Assembly (NCBI GenBank): GCA_963779755.1 | Contig: CAVZZO010000001.1 | Span: 928,001-992,000 of the forward strand | DNA: 64,000 nt | Direction: 5' to 3' | Source: an uncultured Gemmatimonadales bacterium | GTDB lineage: Bacteria; Gemmatimonadota; Gemmatimonadetes; Gemmatimonadales; GWC2-71-9 | Shown: piece after piece, positions 8,673 through 17,936 of the stretch | How positions within the stretch are numbered: position 1 is the first letter of the stretch | Layout: each line of letters opens with the position of its first letter | The notes under the pieces: generated by a model | Told to the model about the DNA's origin: nothing | Database searches by the model: none | The model's input: the letters and a program-made list of their open reading frames with translations, nothing else | Position numbers and translations under genes: made by a program

Positions 8673-11327
8673 CTACGGAGTCCAGTAGTAACTCACCTTC
8701 ACGGCAAAGATGTTATCCGCCTTGGCGCTCCAGAGCTGGCGCAGGGAGTGCCCCAGGCGGAAATCGCCGATGGTCTCGTCGCTGCTCCGGCTCTGGGTCC
8801 ACACCAGGAACAAGGTGCTGCCGGGCAGGTACTCCCATCGCAGGACCGCGTTCCCTCGCAAGGACCGGAAGTTGAAATCGGGGTTGCCCACCGCAATGGG
8901 CTGCGCCGGGCCGGCCGGCCCGTCCGGGTCGGCGGTGTAGGTGTTGCCGTCGAAGGTGGAGGCGCCGTCCCTGCCATAGCGGGTGAAGTCGTAGCTCCGG
9001 GGCCGGCGCAGCTCGCCGAAGTGGTAGTAGTCCCCCGACGCGATGAGCGGCTGGGCGAACAGCTCCAGGCTCAGCCGCGGGTTGAAAATCCAGTTGAGCC
9101 GCAGATTGCCGGAGAGCGTGGTCTGCTGCAGCGCGGCGAACACGTACCGGTTGCCGAAGGTGCCGCCGGCGGTGGGGTCCGCAAAGGTGCCCACGTACTG
9201 CGCGCTGGTGAAGCTCCGGCTGAGCTCCGGCTCGAACCTGAGCGAGAGGCTGCTGGCCGGCTTCCACTCCACGCTGGGACTGACACTCCAGCTCCGGTCG
9301 GCATCCTGCTGGTAGCGGGAGACATGCCCCCAGAGACCGAAGACCATGGTCTTGCGGTCGTCGCTGTCGAGACTCAGGCTGGCCTCCCAGCCCGGCGGAT
9401 TGAGCGCCAGCGGGCCGCCCCGGGTGAGCCGGAAGCTCACCGACTGCGGGTTGTAGGCCATGGTGTACTGCAGGCTGTAGTAGTTCAGGAACTGGAGATT
9501 GCCGCTGTGCCACAGACCGGTCCAGGTGACGTCGCCGCCGTAATCCCAGCTGCGGAACGCCGCGGTGTTGAGGCTGGCGGAACGGAACACCTTGCCCGGC
9601 TGGGACCAGCGGCGGCTGACCACGAAATGGCCGTTGACCACGTCCGACTGCCACTGGAACCCGAGGTCGTTGAGATCGAATCCGGGCGAGATGGTGCCGA
9701 GTGCGGTATTGATCCGCCAGTCGCCCTTCTGCTTGTTGAGGGCCACACGGGCCCCGAAGCCGGCCAGGGCGGTACGGGTGGAATCGAAGTGAAGATACCC
9801 GGCGTCGGGCCGCTGGTAGTAATGCAGCGAGCTCTGCTGCAGATCGGCGATGCGGGCCTGGTCGCCGCCCACGCGGGTGGCGCCGGCCCAGCCGGTCAGC
9901 ACCCAGGCCTTGTCGTGGTCGAGGAAGGTCCAGCCGTCAACGCCGCCCGCCAGGGCGTTGCTGTTGATCTGGTCCCGCAGGCGCGGGTCTCCGAAATCGC
10001 GCGCGGCGATGGTGCCGATGAACCCGATGCCCTGGCGGCCATCGTTGAAGTCGCGCTGCACCCGGGTGACGCCGTAATAGCTCCGGGGCTCCACTTCCAG
10101 CCGGCTCAGCCGGCCGCCGATGTCCACCTGGGCGTCTTCCCGGCCGGTGAGAGCGTGCAGCATCCCGAAATTCCAGTTGCCGGCGACCTTCCCCGTCAGT
10201 TTGGCCGCGCCCAGAATGCTGGTGCCCTGGGGTATATGGCTGAATTCATTGTCCGGCAGGCTGCCCTGCGGCGCCCGGCCGATCCGCCGGGTATAGAAGA
10301 ACTCCGGCGTGCCGAAATTGAAGCCCCAGTTGTTGTTCGCGCCGCCGAACCCGAACTCGAAGATGTTCGACCCCTCCACGAAGAACGGCCGCTTCTCGGG
10401 GAAGAAGGTCTCGAAATCGCTCAGGTTCACCACCGCCGGGTCCACCTCCACCTGGCCGAAATCCGGGTTGATGGTGCCGTCCAGCGTCAGGCTGTTGCTG
10501 AGCCCGACCCGGAAGTCCGCACCCATGCCGCCGGCGAAGCGTGATCCGTCGTTGAACGGATCGCCCGGCGCATGCCCCAGCAGCTCCGCCCGGGAGGTGA
10601 CATAGGGCATCACCTCCACCCGCCGCGGCGGATGCAGGTTGGTCAGGCCTACCAGCTCGGGGAATCGGCTCACGAACCCGCTGCCGTTCTTGGGGGTGTA
10701 GACCAGAAAGTCGCTCTCGTTCCGCCGGGCGATGTCCCGGCGGAAATTGATGCCCCAGATCTGCGACGGCCGCTGGCGGAAGCGCAGCTGGGAATAGGGA
10801 ATGCGCATCTCCACCGTCCATCCGTCCGTCCCGATATGGGTCGCGGCCTCCCAGACGCCGTCCCAGCTGTCGTCATCCCAGTCGTCATTGTACAGGGTAC
10901 CGTCGTACAGCGTGCCGGCCGCGTTGACCGCGAAATAGACGCCGGTGCGCCCGTCATGATAGGGATCGAGATAGACCCCGAACATGTCGGCCGTGACGCT
11001 CCGGTCGCGCCGGGCCAGCCGCGCAATGATCGAATCGGGGTGGGGGTCATAGAGACGGGCGCCGACATACAGAGCCTCGTCGTCATAGAGGACATACACC
11101 ACCGTACGCTCGGTCGGGGCTTCGCCCTCGTGAGGATCGCGCTGGACGAAGCGGGCAAAAGCGACGGCGTGCTGCCACAGGTCTTCCGACAGCACGCCGT
11201 CCAGCGACACCGGCTGCTGCGTGCGCACCGCCTGGACCTGCAACGGAGCAGGATCGGACGGACGCACGCCGCCGGCCGATCCCTGCAGGCCGGTGAGCGT
11301 CAACAGGAGGGTGGCGATCAGATGCAT
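8673..11327 (-). CDS. CBM9-like + DUF5916 outer-membrane protein
   Basis: DGWTVEMRIPYSQLRF, NPDFGQVEVD, FFPEKRPFFVEG, FYTRRIG, LRWEYLPGSTLFLVW; signal peptide from ATG 11327. Confidence 0.85.
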   Translation of the reverse strand: MHLIATLLLTLTGLQGSAGGVRPSDPAPLQVQAVRTQQPVSLDGVLSEDLWQHAVAFARFVQRDPHEGEAPTERTVVYVLYDDEALYVGARLYDPHPDSIIARLARRDRSVTADMFGVYLDPYHDGRTGVYFAVNAAGTLYDGTLYNDDWDDDSWDGVWEAATHIGTDGWTVEMRIPYSQLRFRQRPSQIWGINFRRDIARRNESDFLVYTPKNGSGFVSRFPELVGLTNLHPPRRVEVMPYVTSRAELLGHAPGDPFNDGSRFAGGMGADFRVGLSNSLTLDGTINPDFGQVEVDPAVVNLSDFETFFPEKRPFFVEGSNIFEFGFGGANNNWGFNFGTPEFFYTRRIGRAPQGSLPDNEFSHIPQGTSILGAAKLTGKVAGNWNFGMLHALTGREDAQVDIGGRLSRLEVEPRSYYGVTRVQRDFNDGRQGIGFIGTIAARDFGDPRLRDQINSNALAGGVDGWTFLDHDKAWVLTGWAGATRVGGDQARIADLQQSSLHYYQRPDAGYLHFDSTRTALAGFGARVALNKQKGDWRINTALGTISPGFDLNDLGFQWQSDVVNGHFVVSRRWSQPGKVFRSASLNTAAFRSWDYGGDVTWTGLWHSGNLQFLNYYSLQYTMAYNPQSVSFRLTRGGPLALNPPGWEASLSLDSDDRKTMVFGLWGHVSRYQQDADRSWSVSPSVEWKPASSLSLRFEPELSRSFTSAQYVGTFADPTAGGTFGNRYVFAALQQTTLSGNLRLNWIFNPRLSLELFAQPLIASGDYYHFGELRRPRSYDFTRYGRDGASTFDGNTYTADPDGPAGPAQPIAVGNPDFNFRSLRGNAVLRWEYLPGSTLFLVWTQSRSSDETIGDFRLGHSLRQLWSAKADNIFAVKVSYYWTP

Positions 11328-11369
11328 GAGCGGCTCGACGCGTGGGGGTGAACGCGACAACTACCCCCG

Positions 11370-11398
11370 TTAGAGGCGTCAATACGCGGAATGGTTGA
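11370..11398 (-). promoter_or_regulatory. Putative ECF-sigma promoter TCAACC-N15-GCCTCTAA upstream of the DUF5916 gene
   Basis: Same architecture as the motifs at 15151-15179 and 15317-15345. Confidence 0.5.
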
Positions 11399-11438
11399 CA
11401 GCAGATTCGGCGGGGAGACGTACCAGTGGGTATGGCCC

Positions 11439-11580
11439 GCGGGAAGCGGGAAGCGGGAAGCGGGAAGCGGGAAGCGGGAAGCGGGAAGCGGGAAGCGGGA
11501 AACGGGAAGCGGGAACGGGAAACGGGAAACGGAACAAGGCACAGGAGCCTTTTCCCCGTTCCCGTTTCCCGCTTCCCGTT
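11439..11580. repeat. (GCGGGAA)9 tandem heptamer plus degenerate copies and an inverted arm (TTCCCG[CT])n
   Basis: Nine perfect units at 11439-11501; complementary arm at 11551-11580. Confidence 0.95.
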
Positions 11581-12350
11581 CAGTTGGTCAGGATCTGCTC
11601 GAACAGCGCCAGGGCTCTCGGATCCTCCGACTGCCCCAGCCAGAACAGGGCCTTCTTGCGGATCTGCGGGTCGTGGTTGGACTTCGCGACCTGAATCAGG
11701 GCTTCGACCCCGGTGTCGTTGTGCAGCTGCGACAGGCCGAAAACGGCCGCCTCCCGCACCTCGCGGTCTTCGCTGTCGTCTTCCGCGAGGTCCTTCAGCC
11801 CTTCGGTCGCCTTATCGCCCGCCGCCTGACTGAGCCAGAAGACAGCCGACTTGCGGGTGCGGGAGGGGACCTGGTCGTTGCGCGCCAGCGCCAGCAGGTC
11901 GGGCCAGGGCGTGACGCTGTCGGCCAGGGTGACCGCGAAGACGGCGTCTTCGCCGGCGTGCCCCGGCGCCCGGCGCGCGAGCTCGAGCAGATAGGCGCCG
12001 GCGTCGGGAGCGGCCACCGGTCCCAGATCCGTCACCCCCGATTCCGCCGCGCCCCAGCTGCCGCCCACCCGGGTCCGGATCCGGGTGACCGCCCCGTCCC
12101 GCACCTCGAGCGACAGACGCACCGGGCCGGGAAGACAGAGGCAGGGGCTGTCGGAGTCTCCGTTCCGGGTGATGCGATTGTGGTCGTTGATCTGAATGTT
12201 GTTGTCGCCGTTGCCGCACACACCCTGGCGGGCGGTGAACGCCATCCGGACGGTCCCGCTGCCCACGGCGCTGACGCGGGAGGCGAGGGATTGGGCGTGC
12301 GCCGGGGACGCGAGGCAGACGCCCGCGAGGGCGAGGAGTACGATGCGCAT
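11580..12350 (-). CDS. Exported HEAT-repeat protein
   Basis: Signal peptide MRIVLLALAG..AHA; repeats RKSAVFWLSQ, REAAVFGLSQ, RKKALFWLGQ. Confidence 0.85.
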   Translation of the reverse strand: MRIVLLALAGVCLASPAHAQSLASRVSAVGSGTVRMAFTARQGVCGNGDNNIQINDHNRITRNGDSDSPCLCLPGPVRLSLEVRDGAVTRIRTRVGGSWGAAESGVTDLGPVAAPDAGAYLLELARRAPGHAGEDAVFAVTLADSVTPWPDLLALARNDQVPSRTRKSAVFWLSQAAGDKATEGLKDLAEDDSEDREVREAAVFGLSQLHNDTGVEALIQVAKSNHDPQIRKKALFWLGQSEDPRALALFEQILTN

Positions 12351-12379
12351 TAGAAGGCTCCGATCCGGGTCGCTGGACG

Positions 12380-12506
12380 CTAGTCGGTAGTCATTAGTCG
12401 TTAGTCGCTGGTCGTTAGTCGCTAGCCCCCAGGACAGCCTGGTACTCCGGCGAAGCTCCGCCAACCTCAGAAGATTCCGGACTAGCGACTAGCGACTAAC
12501 GACCGA
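12380..12506. repeat. Palindromic heptamer repeat element (TAGTCG[TC])n ... (CTAGCGA/CTAACGA)n
   Basis: Two complementary arms between the HEAT genes. Confidence 0.85.
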
Positions 12507-12509
12507 CAC

Positions 12510-13919
12510 TTACTGGTTAATCACATCCTCCAGCACCTTCGCCGCCCGGGGGTCCTTGCTCTGCGACAGCCAGAACAGGGCCTTCTTGCGCAGGTCGGGA
12601 TTGCTGTCGGTCTTCGCGATCTGGATCAGCTTGTCCACCGCGGCCGGATCTCTCCGCTGCGAATAGACGAAGATGAGCTGCTCTTTCATTTCCTGGTCGC
12701 TCACCTTGTCGTACAGCCCCGTCAGGTCGGTGATGGAGACCTGGCTGGTCTGGCCCGCCCAGAAGAGCGCCTTCTTGCGCAGATCGGTGGGCTCCTGCTG
12801 GTTCATGGCGATCGTCATGAGCCACTTACCGCTCTCCGGCCGCTTCATCTGGCTCAGCGAGAAGATGATCTTCTCCTTGAGGTCGGCGCTGGCGGTCCGG
12901 CCATAGAGCTGTTCCAGGAAGGCGGCGTTTTCGGCGCTGCCCTGCTGCCCCATCCAGAACACCGCCTGCTCCTTCACTTCCTCACTGGCGTCCTGCCGCA
13001 TGGCGATGCCGCGGAGCGCCTCGCCCGCCTTCGGGCTGTGGATCTGGGAGAGGGCGAAGACGGCCTTCTTCTGCAGCTCCGGGTCGTTGGAGCTGCGCAG
13101 CACCGAATCCAGCGCCGGGATGGCCTGCTCCGACGGGACCTGCGACAGCCAGAACACCGCCTGTTCCCGGACTTCAGGGTCGGGGTCGCTCCGCACCGCG
13201 TTGAGCAGGATCTGGGTGGATTCGGTGCTCCGCTTCTGCGCCACCAGGAAGACCGCCTTGCGGCGCAGGCTCGCGGTGCAGGGCTCCCGCCGGGCCAGCA
13301 CCTTCTTCAGGATGGGAATCGCCTGGTCGGCGTCCATCTGCAGCAGCCCGTTGAGAGCGGCGATCCGGACATCGTTGTTCTCGTCCGGGCAGCCGGAGCC
13401 CGACGCCACGTCGGCCTGTTTGGTGATGTCTTCTGCCGCGTTCACATCCCCCTGCTTGGCCAGGACGCCCTGAATCCGGGTACGCAGCGACTCGGCGTCG
13501 CTCCGGGTCGCGGCACGGGGATAACGGCTGCGCTGGGTGTCCAGCAGCTCCCGCGCGACACGGAGGTCGTCGTTGCCCCCCATCCGGTAGCGCGCGAACG
13601 CCTCCCAGTAGTAGCTGTCCGCGCTATAGCGTGAATCGGGATACCGTTCGCGCACCTGGTGGAAGAGCTGCGCCGCGCGCGCGAAGTCGCTCCGCTGCAG
13701 GGCGTCGCGCCCGGCGCGGTAGAGCGAGTCGGCCGGATCCTGAGGGAAGGAGAGATCCGGAAGCGTGATGCCTTCCATCACTCCCCGGTCGAAGGTCGAA
13801 GGCCGGAGGTCGAAGGAGGCTGCAGCCAGTTTGCCCTTTGACCTCTGACCTTCGACCTGCTGGCCAAGCGAGGGGAAGCCCGCCATCGCCACGATCATCG
13901 CAATGCTCATCATACGCAT
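12510..13919 (-). CDS. Exported TPR + HEAT-repeat protein
   Basis: GGAG SD before ATG 13919; TPR-like DPADSLYRAG..YYWEAFARY; multiple AVFWLSQ-type HEAT repeats. Confidence 0.85.
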   Translation of the reverse strand: MRMMSIAMIVAMAGFPSLGQQVEGQRSKGKLAAASFDLRPSTFDRGVMEGITLPDLSFPQDPADSLYRAGRDALQRSDFARAAQLFHQVRERYPDSRYSADSYYWEAFARYRMGGNDDLRVARELLDTQRSRYPRAATRSDAESLRTRIQGVLAKQGDVNAAEDITKQADVASGSGCPDENNDVRIAALNGLLQMDADQAIPILKKVLARREPCTASLRRKAVFLVAQKRSTESTQILLNAVRSDPDPEVREQAVFWLSQVPSEQAIPALDSVLRSSNDPELQKKAVFALSQIHSPKAGEALRGIAMRQDASEEVKEQAVFWMGQQGSAENAAFLEQLYGRTASADLKEKIIFSLSQMKRPESGKWLMTIAMNQQEPTDLRKKALFWAGQTSQVSITDLTGLYDKVSDQEMKEQLIFVYSQRRDPAAVDKLIQIAKTDSNPDLRKKALFWLSQSKDPRAAKVLEDVINQ

Positions 13920-13930
13920 GGGTATTCTCC

Positions 13931-14578
13931 TCAAAGTCCCGTGACGGCCGGTCCGGCCGGTACGGCGGTCCGCAGCCGCGGCAGAATGCCGCTCTGCTCC
14001 AGTCCCCGGGCCACATAGGCCGCGTCGTCGTTCCCCTGGGAGATCTGGGAGATCTCCGCCAGGAGGAGTTCCAGATCCTGCAACAGCTGCTTCATGCGGG
14101 CGTTGCGCGCCGCGGGAGAATCGAGCAGCAGGCGATTCGTGGCCAGGAGCCGCTGGGCTTCGCGGCTCTGGGTCGTATCCTGTCCCGCCGCCGTGGTGTC
14201 GAGTCTGAAGGCGGTCAGGAACGCTTCGGCCTGGCTCAGGTACTGCGTCGCCGCCACCTGGTAGACCCGCGCCGAACCCAGGTCTGCCGCGCCCGTTGCC
14301 GGCGCGCTCGCGGTATCCGCGCCCCGCGCCACCGCCGGCGCCGCGGCCGGCCCCCGGCTCACGCGCCCGAGGAAGACGCCGAGGGCCAGCAGCGCCGCGG
14401 CCGCGAGCGGAATCCAGACGACCGGCCGGCGCCATCCTGCCGTCTTGCCGTCTTGCCGTCTTGCCGTCCTGCGGGCCTGAATCGTCTGCCACATGGCTTC
14501 GCGGGGCGTTTCCGGGGGCACGTGATATTCCTTCCGGGCGTTCTCGCCCAGCCAGTCCTCGAACCGATCGTCGGTCAT
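13931..14578 (-). CDS. Putative membrane-anchored anti-sigma factor
   Basis: Directly downstream of ECF sigma (ATGA overlap); PPETPREAMW motif, one TM helix, helical C-terminus LLQDLELLLAEI. Confidence 0.75.
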   Translation of the reverse strand: MTDDRFEDWLGENARKEYHVPPETPREAMWQTIQARRTARRQDGKTAGWRRPVVWIPLAAAALLALGVFLGRVSRGPAAAPAVARGADTASAPATGAADLGSARVYQVAATQYLSQAEAFLTAFRLDTTAAGQDTTQSREAQRLLATNRLLLDSPAARNARMKQLLQDLELLLAEISQISQGNDDAAYVARGLEQSGILPRLRTAVPAGPAVTGL

Positions 14579-15114
14579 GCCGTCTCTCCCGCGAAATCCG
14601 CCAGCGCCTGGCGCAGCCTGGCCCGGGCGCGGAACAACTGGGCCTTCGAGGTCCCGGGCTGGATGCCCAGGGCCGAGCCGATCTCTTCGTGCGTGTAGCC
14701 CTCGACATCGTGCATGAGGAACACCGTCCGGTAACCGTCTGCCAGGTTGTCGATCGCCTGGCGCATTCTCACCTTCAGGTCGGGATCCGCCCGCTTCTGG
14801 CCTGCTGCGTGGTGAATACCCTCGTTCAGCTCCGTCTCCCGTTCCCGCGACCGCTTCACCTTGCGTAATCCGTTGAGTGCCACCGAGGTAGCGATCGAGG
14901 TCAGCCAGGTGCTGAAGGCCGCCTCGCCCCGGAAGGTGCTCAGCCGGTCGAAAGCCCGGATGAACGTCTCCTGAGTAAAGTCCTGGGCCAGGTCGCCGTC
15001 CCCCGCCATCCGGTACGCCAGCCGGTAGACCCGGTCCACGTGCGCCTCGTACAGGGCGCGTTCCGCGGCAGGATCACCGGCCAGGACCTGCTGGATCAGT
15101 CGCTGTTCGTCCAC
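14575..15114 (-). CDS. ECF RNA polymerase sigma-70 factor
   Basis: AQDFTQETFIRAF, FSTWL, EGYTHEEIG, GTSKAQLFRAR. Confidence 0.95.
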   Translation of the reverse strand: MDEQRLIQQVLAGDPAAERALYEAHVDRVYRLAYRMAGDGDLAQDFTQETFIRAFDRLSTFRGEAAFSTWLTSIATSVALNGLRKVKRSRERETELNEGIHHAAGQKRADPDLKVRMRQAIDNLADGYRTVFLMHDVEGYTHEEIGSALGIQPGTSKAQLFRARARLRQALADFAGETA

Positions 15115-15150
15115 GGGCTTTCCAGGCGGTCAAAGGGTCAGGACTGGCTG

Positions 15151-15179
15151 TAGGACACGGGGGCGGCACGGAAGGTTTG
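15151..15179 (-). promoter_or_regulatory. Putative autoregulatory ECF promoter CAAACC-N15-GTGTCCTA
   Basis: AAC...GTC ECF-type pattern ending 36 nt upstream of the sigma start. Confidence 0.55.
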
Positions 15180-15186
15180 CAGCAAG

Positions 15187-15303
15187 GAATCAGGAGTCAG
15201 GAGTCAGGAGTCAGGGACCCAGTCCGCCTCCCTTGTCGCGGGGGCATGGTTGCGTAACGGGCCGGAGGGAGGCGCACCCTGAATCCTGAATCCTGATTCC
15301 TGT
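15187..15303. repeat. Palindromic heptamer repeat element (CAGGAGT)n ... (CCTGAAT)n
   Basis: Direct reading. Confidence 0.85.
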
Positions 15304-15316
15304 CCCCTGTCATGAA

Positions 15317-15345
15317 GCAACCAATCCCGTGCCTACGGCATCTGA
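15317..15345 (+). promoter_or_regulatory. Putative ECF promoter GCAACC-N15-GCATCTGA
   Basis: Same spacing and consensus as the other two motifs; precedes the small ORF at 15379. Confidence 0.5.
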
Positions 15346-15378
15346 CTACTTGAGCACTCTTGAGACAGGGATAGCACC

Positions 15379-15579
15379 ATGGTCATCCTCGCCAGCGACA
15401 CCAGCGGCCGGATCTTTCATCTATATGATGGGAAAGCGCACGACCTGGGCGAGGTCCGGCGGCCGACTACAGCATACCTGTTCGGCCGGGGCGGGGAAAC
15501 GGTGTACCTGTCCCGCAAAGTCCCGGCGCTGAAACGGGAGGTCATCGGGCAGGGGGAAAAGGGAAAGGGGAACGGGTGA
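15379..15579 (+). CDS. Small hypothetical protein (66 aa)
   Basis: Protein-like composition, weak SD, upstream ECF-type promoter; C-terminus runs into a heptamer repeat. Confidence 0.45.
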   Translation: MVILASDTSGRIFHLYDGKAHDLGEVRRPTTAYLFGRGGETVYLSRKVPALKREVIGQGEKGKGNG

Positions 15580-15623
15580 ACTGACACCCATTCCCCTTTG
15601 ACCGACTGCTGTTCCCGCCATTG

Positions 15624-16352
15624 TCAGCGCCGTACCGCGGTACTGTATTCCCCCCCGCCGGCCTCCGGATCCTGAACGTACCCCCACCGCCGCAGCCCCG
15701 CTTCGATAATCCACTCCCAGCCCACCCGCTGCTTCATGGCCGCGACCGTCAGGTCGAGGTAGCGCTGGAGCCAGACGGTGAGGGCGGCCGGTTCGTTGTC
15801 CATCCGCCCGTGCCAGTCGATGATCCGTGCGAGGTTGCGCCAGTCATGGCAGGTGAGCGGGCCGCTGGCCCGCAGCCGGCGGCTGATGGTGCTGGGAGGC
15901 ACCGGCCGGACCCGCTCGCTGTGCGGGTCATCGAGCTGGAAGCAGGTCTCCAGTACGCGGGCCACGCCGCTGGCGCCGATGCGCACCGCGGCATACCGCG
16001 CCAGCTCGGTCGGGCCGGGCGCCGGCCGGCGTTCGGTCGCCAGCCGGATAGCCTCGGGATCGAGACCCTGATCGCCGCCTCCGCCGACCGGCACCAGATG
16101 CGGCGGCAACTGGCCCAGGGCAGCCTCGGCCAGGCGAGACGGCTGTGGCGGCACCACGACAGCGATAGGGCACCAGGGCGCGCGGCTCCGCACCGCCACC
16201 GCCGCCTCCACCGCGGGCATCCCCAGGCGCAGATCGGCCAGCAGGATCGCCCCCAGGGGCGGGACGCCGTGGCCGACCGGTCTGATCGCCGCGTATGGCG
16301 GCTCGATCAGCAGTGCAGGGATGTTCATCGGCATGACCAGTCGTTCATGCAA
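15624..16352 (-). CDS. Putative transcriptional regulator, degenerate receiver-like N-terminus + AraC-like HTH
   Basis: STISRRLRASGP..W..LAR pattern resembles the HTH genes at 27615 and 30307; start uncertain. Confidence 0.5.
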   Translation of the reverse strand: MHERLVMPMNIPALLIEPPYAAIRPVGHGVPPLGAILLADLRLGMPAVEAAVAVRSRAPWCPIAVVVPPQPSRLAEAALGQLPPHLVPVGGGGDQGLDPEAIRLATERRPAPGPTELARYAAVRIGASGVARVLETCFQLDDPHSERVRPVPPSTISRRLRASGPLTCHDWRNLARIIDWHGRMDNEPAALTVWLQRYLDLTVAAMKQRVGWEWIIEAGLRRWGYVQDPEAGGGEYSTAVRR

Positions 16353-16416
16353 GGAAGCTGCCAGCAGGCGCCCTTGCGGGTCAAGCCGGCGTCGGCCGGT
16401 GGTTACCTTGTGTGGT

Positions 16417-17691
16417 ATGCACGTACGCGCGTTTCTGTTTTCGCTGCTCGGGTTTCTGTCAGCTCCCGCCCTGCTGTCAGCCCAGGCTGCCCCTACCGCC
16501 CCCGAAGCTCTGCGCGTCTTTCTCGACTGTCCGGATTACCACTGTGACCGGGACTACCTGCGGACCGAGATCACCTTCGTGAACTGGGTGCGTGACCGGG
16601 ACGTCGCGCAGGTCCACGTCCTGGTCACCACGGAGCACAACGGCGGCGGCGGCCGGAAGTTCACCCTGCGTTTCATCGGTCGTGGCGCGTTCGAGGGGCT
16701 GAGCCAGACGCTCGGCTTCGATTCGCGCGAGACCCAGACGGACGACGAAGTCCGGGCCATCTTTGCCCGCACGCTGAAGCTGGGGCTGGTGCCCTTCCTG
16801 GCGCGGACGCCGATGGCGGGCGATCTCACCATCGGCTACGAGGCGCCCGCCGGCGCGCCGGCGATCATTCCCCTGCACGACCCGTGGGACTACTGGGTCT
16901 TCCGGGCCCGGCTCAACGGCAATGTGACCGGCGAGCAGGCGCAGTCCACCTACCATGTGCACGGGTCGCTGGGCGCCAACCGCACCACCGAAGCGCTGAA
17001 GCTGGAATTCTCGGTGGATGGGAGCTATACCCATGACCGCTACGACCTGGACTCGGTCACGACCTTCGTGGATGTCTCGCAGAACTACGGCGCCGATGCC
17101 CTGGTGGCGGCCAGCCTGGGGCCGCACTGGTCGCTGGGCGGCGTCGCCGAGGTAAGCCGGTCCACCTACCGCAACCTGGATTTCGCGCTGCGGGCGGGCC
17201 CGGCGGTCGAATGGGATCTGTTCCCCTATTCCGAGTCTACCCGGCGCCAGTTGAGCATCCTCTATTCCATCGGTGTGGATGCCATCAACTACAATGAGGT
17301 CACCCTGTTCGGCGAGACATCGCAGCTGCTGGCCGACGAGCAGCTGACCGTCTCGCTGGACGTCAAGCAGCCCTGGGGCACCGCGCGCCTCTCCGTCCTG
17401 GGCTCCCACTTCTTCCACGATTTCGGCAAGAACCGGGTCGACCTCTACGGCGAGATGGACATCCGGCTCTACCAGGGGCTCTCCTTCAGCGTCTACGGCG
17501 AAGTCTCCCGCGTCCGCGACCAGCTGTATCTCCCCGCCGCGGGCGCCAGCCCGGAGGAGATTCTGCTCCAGCGCCGGGCGCTGGCGACCAACTACCAGTA
17601 CGATCTGTCGGTGGGGTTTACCTATACCTTCGGGTCGATCTTCAATAATGTGGTGAATCCGCGGTTCGGGGAAACCGGAGGGTTGTTCTGA
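16417..17691 (+). CDS. Putative outer-membrane beta-barrel protein
   Basis: Signal peptide, RVFLDC..C N-domain, alternating beta-strands, C-terminal YTFGSIFNNVVNPRF. Confidence 0.7.
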   Translation: MHVRAFLFSLLGFLSAPALLSAQAAPTAPEALRVFLDCPDYHCDRDYLRTEITFVNWVRDRDVAQVHVLVTTEHNGGGGRKFTLRFIGRGAFEGLSQTLGFDSRETQTDDEVRAIFARTLKLGLVPFLARTPMAGDLTIGYEAPAGAPAIIPLHDPWDYWVFRARLNGNVTGEQAQSTYHVHGSLGANRTTEALKLEFSVDGSYTHDRYDLDSVTTFVDVSQNYGADALVAASLGPHWSLGGVAEVSRSTYRNLDFALRAGPAVEWDLFPYSESTRRQLSILYSIGVDAINYNEVTLFGETSQLLADEQLTVSLDVKQPWGTARLSVLGSHFFHDFGKNRVDLYGEMDIRLYQGLSFSVYGEVSRVRDQLYLPAAGASPEEILLQRRALATNYQYDLSVGFTYTFGSIFNNVVNPRFGETGGLF

Positions 17692-17936
17692 GCCGGCAGC
17701 GGTTCGAGCGGGGCCGGTTCACAGAAATACATTGACAACGGTGCTCCCGGATTCAGCGGGAGATGCACCGGACTCGAACGGCATACAGCGGGTAGAGGTG
17801 TATCGCATCAGGAAGTGAACCGGTGAACTTTCGCTCATATCCCCATTCTTTGTCACGGCGACGGGTCCAGATGACCGATGCGTGTGACTGCGCTCCAGGG
17901 TGCACGGCGAGCACCCGTTCCCGTGGCCGAGGCCGC

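Noticed and set aside
11391..12353. ORFs with GSGKREA repeats (also STFDLRP/RRSKVEG ORFs near 52.8-53.2 kb)
   Set aside because: They are translations of heptamer DNA repeats plus antisense shadow, not repeat proteins
12510..14708. 732-aa ORF
   Set aside because: The N-terminal 263 aa overlap the anti-sigma and sigma genes in another frame; the real start is ATG 13919 with an SD
17732..17760. TTGACA promoter upstream of the first propeller
   Set aside because: No acceptable -10 hexamer at 16-18 bp spacing
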